64,000 bases of DNA from an uncultured Thermoleophilia bacterium (GTDB lineage: Bacteria > Actinomycetota > Thermoleophilia > UBA2241). The position numbers and the translations under genes are program-made. Under the pieces are notes generated by a model. It did no database searches. It had not been told where the DNA came from and saw only the letters and a list, made by a program, of their open reading frames with translations. Where the stretch lies: the NCBI GenBank assembly GCA_963777895.1, contig CAVZSF010000005.1, positions 1,159,949 to 1,223,948 of the forward strand, written 5' to 3'. Below, piece after piece: positions 60,058-64,000 of the stretch (positions are counted from its first letter, which is position 1; each line of letters begins with the position of its first letter).

Positions 60058-60507
60058 CTACTCCTCGGAGTCCTTTGGCAGGCCCCTGGCGCTCGGGTGC
60101 TGTTGCCAGAGCTCCACGGCCGCCGTCTTCCCCCCGGCCAGCACGTCGTCCTGAGCGTAGCCCGCACGCATCAGGTTGCGGAGAAGGTCATAAGGCACCG
60201 CGTCCTTCGCGAACGTCGGCTCCTCAGGAAGGTCGCCCTCGCGCTCCGGCACCAAGCCATCGTCCACGCACGCCCAGAACTGCTCTTCGGTGACTTTGAG
60301 CTGATCGCGTAGGATGAACTTGAAGAGGTCGGGGTCCTGGATGCCGCCTGCGCCATGTGAGATCTGGGTGTAGAGGACGGTCCCGTCTCGGAGGGTCTTC
60401 GCGTAGCTGAGATGATCGCCGCCCTTGCGCCGCGAGCGCCGAGCCTTGAGATCCCAGCCGTCGCGCCGGCAGAACCCCTCGAGTTGCGCATAGGTGGGTA
60501 GCCTCAC
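60058..60507 (-). CDS. HicA/YcfA-like toxin domain protein with a C-terminal extension (candidate toxin)
   Basis: The protein contains GW...GGDH.Y.K...G.V.T.ISHG...ILRDQL, similar to HicA. Its GTG start overlaps the stop of the upstream gene (GTGA). The region has locally lower GC. Confidence 0.4.
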   Translation of the reverse strand: MRLPTYAQLEGFCRRDGWDLKARRSRRKGGDHLSYAKTLRDGTVLYTQISHGAGGIQDPDLFKFILRDQLKVTEEQFWACVDDGLVPEREGDLPEEPTFAKDAVPYDLLRNLMRAGYAQDDVLAGGKTAAVELWQQHPSARGLPKDSEE

Positions 60508-60938
60508 TGCCCGAAGAGGAGGCGGCGCACGCCCTCAGGCCCGCTCACGACCGACGCGGCTTCGATGAGGAAGACCCACCAGCGGCGCTCAGCATGGTTG
60601 GGCGCGGTCGCAAGGAAGCCGTGCCAGTCGTCGCAGTACTCGAGCACGGCGTCGATGAGGTCGTCCTCAGCGCCCTCGAGCGACACGCCCTCGCCGTGGA
60701 CCCCCAGCTCCGGAAGCATGATCGCGTAGCCGGTCGCGGTGGGGCTCACGTGCGGCTGGAAGTGCCTGCACTCCCGTAGCACTTCCATCATCCCGTCCAG
60801 GTCGGCCACGACCACGCGGTAGCCGTCACGGCGCTCGACGAAGCGCCAGTCCGTGAGGCGCTCGATCTGGTTCACGATGGCGGGGAAGTCGTTCCGCGCC
60901 TTGCCTACGCCCTTGATCACCGTTGAGGTCGCCTCCAT
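60504..60938 (-). CDS. Phd/YefM-like N-terminal domain protein (candidate antitoxin) with an unknown C-terminal domain
   Basis: The N-terminus (ARNDFPAIVNQIE...FVERRDGYRVVVADLDGMMEVLRE) matches the Phd/YefM pattern. It is the first gene of the bicistron and is preceded by a promoter and operator. Confidence 0.4.
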   Translation of the reverse strand: MEATSTVIKGVGKARNDFPAIVNQIERLTDWRFVERRDGYRVVVADLDGMMEVLRECRHFQPHVSPTATGYAIMLPELGVHGEGVSLEGAEDDLIDAVLEYCDDWHGFLATAPNHAERRWWVFLIEAASVVSGPEGVRRLLFGQ

Positions 60939-60965
60939 CGCACATCCCCTCAGTATCGCCCAGCG

Positions 60966-61012
60966 AGGCTACCACCCGATGAGCATGATGTACAAGTTGA
61001 CAATGATGTACA
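60966..61012 (-). promoter_or_regulatory. Promoter plus operator of the toxin-antitoxin-like operon: -10-like TGGTAGCCT and two direct copies of TGTACATCAT (each with a palindromic TGTACA core) flanking TTGTCAACT
   Basis: The elements are read directly from the sequence on the coding (minus) strand. The ribosome-binding site GAGGGG lies 7 nt upstream of the ATG. Confidence 0.35.
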
Positions 61013-61142
61013 TCGACCATACCCGGATTCCTCTTGAGCTGCACGCTGGGGAGGGGCAAACGCGCCGCGACTAGCGTCAGGTAGGACATGGGCCTCTACG
61101 GCGCAGGAGAGAGAAGGGGACGAGCAGCGAGGCCGGGAGGTC

Positions 61143-62603
61143 TCAGTACACCCGGACGGTCCGGGTCGCGCTCGTCCTCACGCCTGCCCAGACCACGCGG
61201 TAGACGCGGCTGCTGCGCGAGCGGGCGTAGAAGTGGTAGCGGCCACCGCTGCCGGTGCGCGTCGTGGCCACCTTCTGCCAACTGCCGCCGCTCACGCGCC
61301 GCGACTGCAAGACCAGGGTCTTGCCGCGCAGCGCGCCGGCGGCGGCGCTGCTCAGCTCGCCGCTCACGCGCGCACAGGTGCCGGCCCGCACCCGCGTCGG
61401 CGCCGAGATCGTCAAGCGGTTGCCGCCGGCGAAGGCGAACCAGCTCAGCTTGCGGGACCCGTCCGCGAGCCGCAGCCCGGTGTAGACGCCGTTGTCGGCC
61501 GAGCCGCTCGCCGGCTTCGCGTCCTGCACCAGGAACCAGAACAGCGCTCTTCACCTGGCGGGTAGCGCCCCGCGTAGCTGTACGCCTTGCGCAGCCAGGC
61601 CGCCTGCTGCACCTTGCTCACCGTGATCCCGCCGAAGTCGTTCGACCAGGCCGTGTTGTAGCCGTACTCGGTCAGGTAGAAGGGCTTGCCGGGGAAGAGG
61701 CGCAGCAGCTGTCCCAGGTTGTACAGCGTGACGGTGGTGCTCGTGTCGTTCGGGGGCCGATCGGGCGCCTTGTTGGCCGAGCCGCCCGGCGTGTACGGAT
61801 GGTGCGAGTAGGCGTCGAAGTACTGCGCCGCGCCGTGGTCGCTGCAGGTAGCGCGCGAAGGTCTGCGGGCTGGTGCGCCAGACGTTGTTCGTGCCCATCG
61901 GCGCCGTCGCGCCGGCCAGGATCAGGGCGGTCGGGTCGCCGCGCCTGATGCCGGCCGAGTAGGCCTTCAGCATCTTGAGATAGGTGCGCGCCGCGAAGTC
62001 CGGGTCGGACGCGGTGCGCTGCGGATAGATGTAGGGCCAGAGGTTGGGCTCGTTCCAGACCTCGTAGGCGTTCGCCTTGCCGGCGAAGCGCGAGGCCAGG
62101 TACTCGCCCGTGCGCCCGAGGTCGTCAAGGCAGCCGTCCTTGATGGGGTAGAAGACCTGATAGCCCTTGCTGTAGCCCATGGGCGGCGAGTCCCAGAACG
62201 ACTGGTCCGACGCCCACGCCGGCATGTAGCAGATGGTGAGGAGGACCTTGACGTTGCGGGCGCGGAGCTCGCCGATGACGTAGTCGAGACGGGCGAGCTC
62301 AGTCTCGTTGTACACGCCGCGAGTGGGCTCGATGCGTGGCCAGTTGAGGATAAGCCGCACCCAGCCGACCCTGAGATCGTCGCCGACCTCGCTGATGGGG
62401 GTGAGGAGTTCTGTCTGGTCGCAGCTCGAGTCCTGGATGCGGCCGTCGCACATGCCCTTCGCCACGGTGGCCTGGGCGGGCGCGACGGGGAAGAGGACGG
62501 CGCTCAGCACGAGGAGGCAGACGGCGAGTGCGGTCGCGCCGGCAGCCAGGCGAAGCGGGCTGCGCGCGCCGGTGCGTTGGTGCTTGTGTCGTGCCGTTGC
62601 CAT
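61143..62603 (-). CDS. Secreted glycoside hydrolase family 5 (cellulase/mannanase-like) with a C-terminal beta-sandwich domain; two apparent frameshifts
   Basis: A signal peptide (…AVLFPVAPAQA) is followed by the GH5 motif VWNEPNLW (acid/base residue). The nucleophile region YLTEYGY is only readable in a second frame (about 61560..61845), and the C-terminal domain is in a third frame (ORF 61143..61529). Confidence 0.6.
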
Positions 62604-62670
62604 AGGTGGTTACTACATCGGCAGGACGCGGGCGCTCCTACAGAGGTACGTCTGACGGGCGACAGGCTCG

Positions 62671-62679
62671 TGCTAGGCT
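62671..62679 (+). promoter_or_regulatory. Extended -10-like TGCTAGGCT upstream of dxr
   Basis: The motif belongs to the same promoter family seen elsewhere in this window. Confidence 0.25.
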
Positions 62680-62730
62680 TGCGGCGATGAAGCGAGCCGA
62701 CGCACCCCCGATGCCACCGAGGCGCCTCCG

Positions 62731-64000
62731 ATGAAGCCCAAGCACCTCGTCATCCTAGGATCGACCGGGTCCATCGGCCGGCAGGCACTGGAGATCCTCG
62801 ACTGCCTGCCGGCCGTAGAGCTCGTCGGCCTCGCCGCCAACGCCGACCACGGCACTTTGCTGCAGCAGCTGGCCGAGCACCCGGCGCCCGCCGTGTGCCT
62901 GAGGGACGAGGCGGCAGCGGGGAAGCTCCGTGAGGACGTCCGAACGCTGCCGCGGCGGGGCCTGAAGGAGGGGACTCCCGGGCCGGGAGCGGCGGAGGTC
63001 CTGGCCGGGGACGAGGGCGTCGAGGAGCTGATCGCCAGATCAGCCGTCGACGCCCACCGCCTGGGCGCCTCGCTCACCGTCCTCAACGCCATCGTCGGGG
63101 CCGCCGGCCTGCGTGCCACCATGGCGACGCTCGAGGCCGGCGCCACCCTCGCGCTCGCCAACAAGGAGAGCATGGTCGCCGGCGGCCCGTTCGTGCTCGA
63201 GGCTGCGGCGCGTCACAACGCTACCATCGTGCCCGTCGACAGCGAGCACAGCGCCCTGTTTCAGTGCCTATCGGCCGGCATGCCGGAGGGGGGGAAGAGC
63301 TGTGGGGCCCCGCCGCCGGATCGAGCCCGGCCGTCGAGGAGCTCCTGCTCACGGGCTCCGGCGGGCCCTTCCGTACCTGGCCGGCCGAGAAGCTCGCCTC
63401 CGTCACGCCCGAGCAGGCTCTCGCGCATCCCAACTGGAGCATGGGGCCGAAGATCACGATCGACTCGGCGACGCTCATGAACAAGGGCCTCGAGGTGATC
63501 GAGGCGCACTACCTGTTCGGCGTGCCCTACGAGCGCATCGCGCGTGCTCATCAACCCGCAGAGCATCGTCCACAGCATGGTGCGCTTCGGCGACGGCGCG
63601 ATCCTGGCCCACCTGGGCGTGCCCGACATGCGCACGCCGATCGGCTACGCCCTCGGCTACCCCGACGTGCGCCCGACCCTGCCGATGGTGCGACCGCCTC
63701 GACCTGCTCGCCCGCGACCTCACCTTCGAAGAGCCCGACATCGAGCGCTTCCCATGCCTGCGCATGGCGCGCGAGGCGGGGGAGAGGGCGGCGCACGGTG
63801 ACGGCCGAGGCTCAGGCAGCCGGCCGGCCGCTCCGCACCTCCGCCGCCCCGATCGTGCTCAACGCCGCCAACGAGGTCGCCGTGCACGCCTTCCTCGAAG
63901 AGGCGCCTCGCCGTTCAGGGCCATCCCACGGGTCGTGAGCGAGGTGCTGGAAGCGTTGGGGCGCGGGGAGGTCAGGAGTCTCGAGGACGTTGCGGGCTAC
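62731..64000 (+). CDS. dxr: 1-deoxy-D-xylulose-5-phosphate reductoisomerase, 3' end partial at the window edge; at least five frameshifts after residue 190
   Basis: The N-terminal NADPH-binding region ([17 protein letters not shown]) and [12 protein letters not shown] are in frame +1. [11 protein letters not shown]...[31 protein letters not shown] is in frame 0, [13 protein letters not shown]...[14 protein letters not shown] in frame +1, [30 protein letters not shown] in frame +2, and [15 protein letters not shown] in frame 0. Confidence 0.75.

Overview
This 64 kb window comes from a very high-GC (about 70%) chromosome and is tightly packed with housekeeping genes, almost all on the + strand. 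Many genes start with GTG or TTG, and many adjacent genes overlap by 4 bp. The gene order matches Actinobacteria: aroC-aroK-aroB-aroQ-pepQ-efp, then nusB, then xseB-ispA-dxs-tlyA-nadK-recN, then pyrG, then xerD, later rsmD-coaD, yceD-rpmF, and plsX-acpP-rnc-smc-ftsY-ffh-rpsP-KH-rimM-trmD-rplS-lepB-rnhB-yraN-comM-dprA, then xerC, a sigma-28-like sigma factor and rpsB-tsf-pyrH-frr-uppS-cdsA, and finally ispG. Accessory insertions interrupt this order: an SDR oxidoreductase inside the xseB-ispA-dxs operon, an M20 peptidase, a deoB-punA-deoA nucleoside catabolism cluster, a GH3 lipoprotein between dprA and xerC, an epimerase gene where dxr normally sits, an SbcD-like nuclease paired with a YhaN-like SMC ATPase that carries central transmembrane helices, a two-gene toxin-antitoxin-like module (YefM-like then HicA-like) with a palindromic operator, and a secreted GH5 hydrolase. 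The window starts inside a type IV pilus PilO-like gene. Non-coding signals I can read directly include a recurring extended -10 promoter motif (TGCTA-n-A-n-T) in front of dxs, pyrG, rpmF, ffh, rplS, rpsB and dxr. Others are a perfect 34 bp palindrome upstream of efp, a canonical terminator after the pilus genes, several intergenic tandem repeats, and structured leaders in front of rnc, rimM and rpsP. A striking feature is the number of frame-disrupted conserved genes: aroC, smc, rimM, rpsB, two shifts in the GH5 gene, at least five shifts in dxr, and an in-frame TAG in recN. These most likely reflect indel-prone assembly, though some, especially dxr and the GH5 gene, could be real pseudogenes. 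I found no tRNA, rRNA or CRISPR array.
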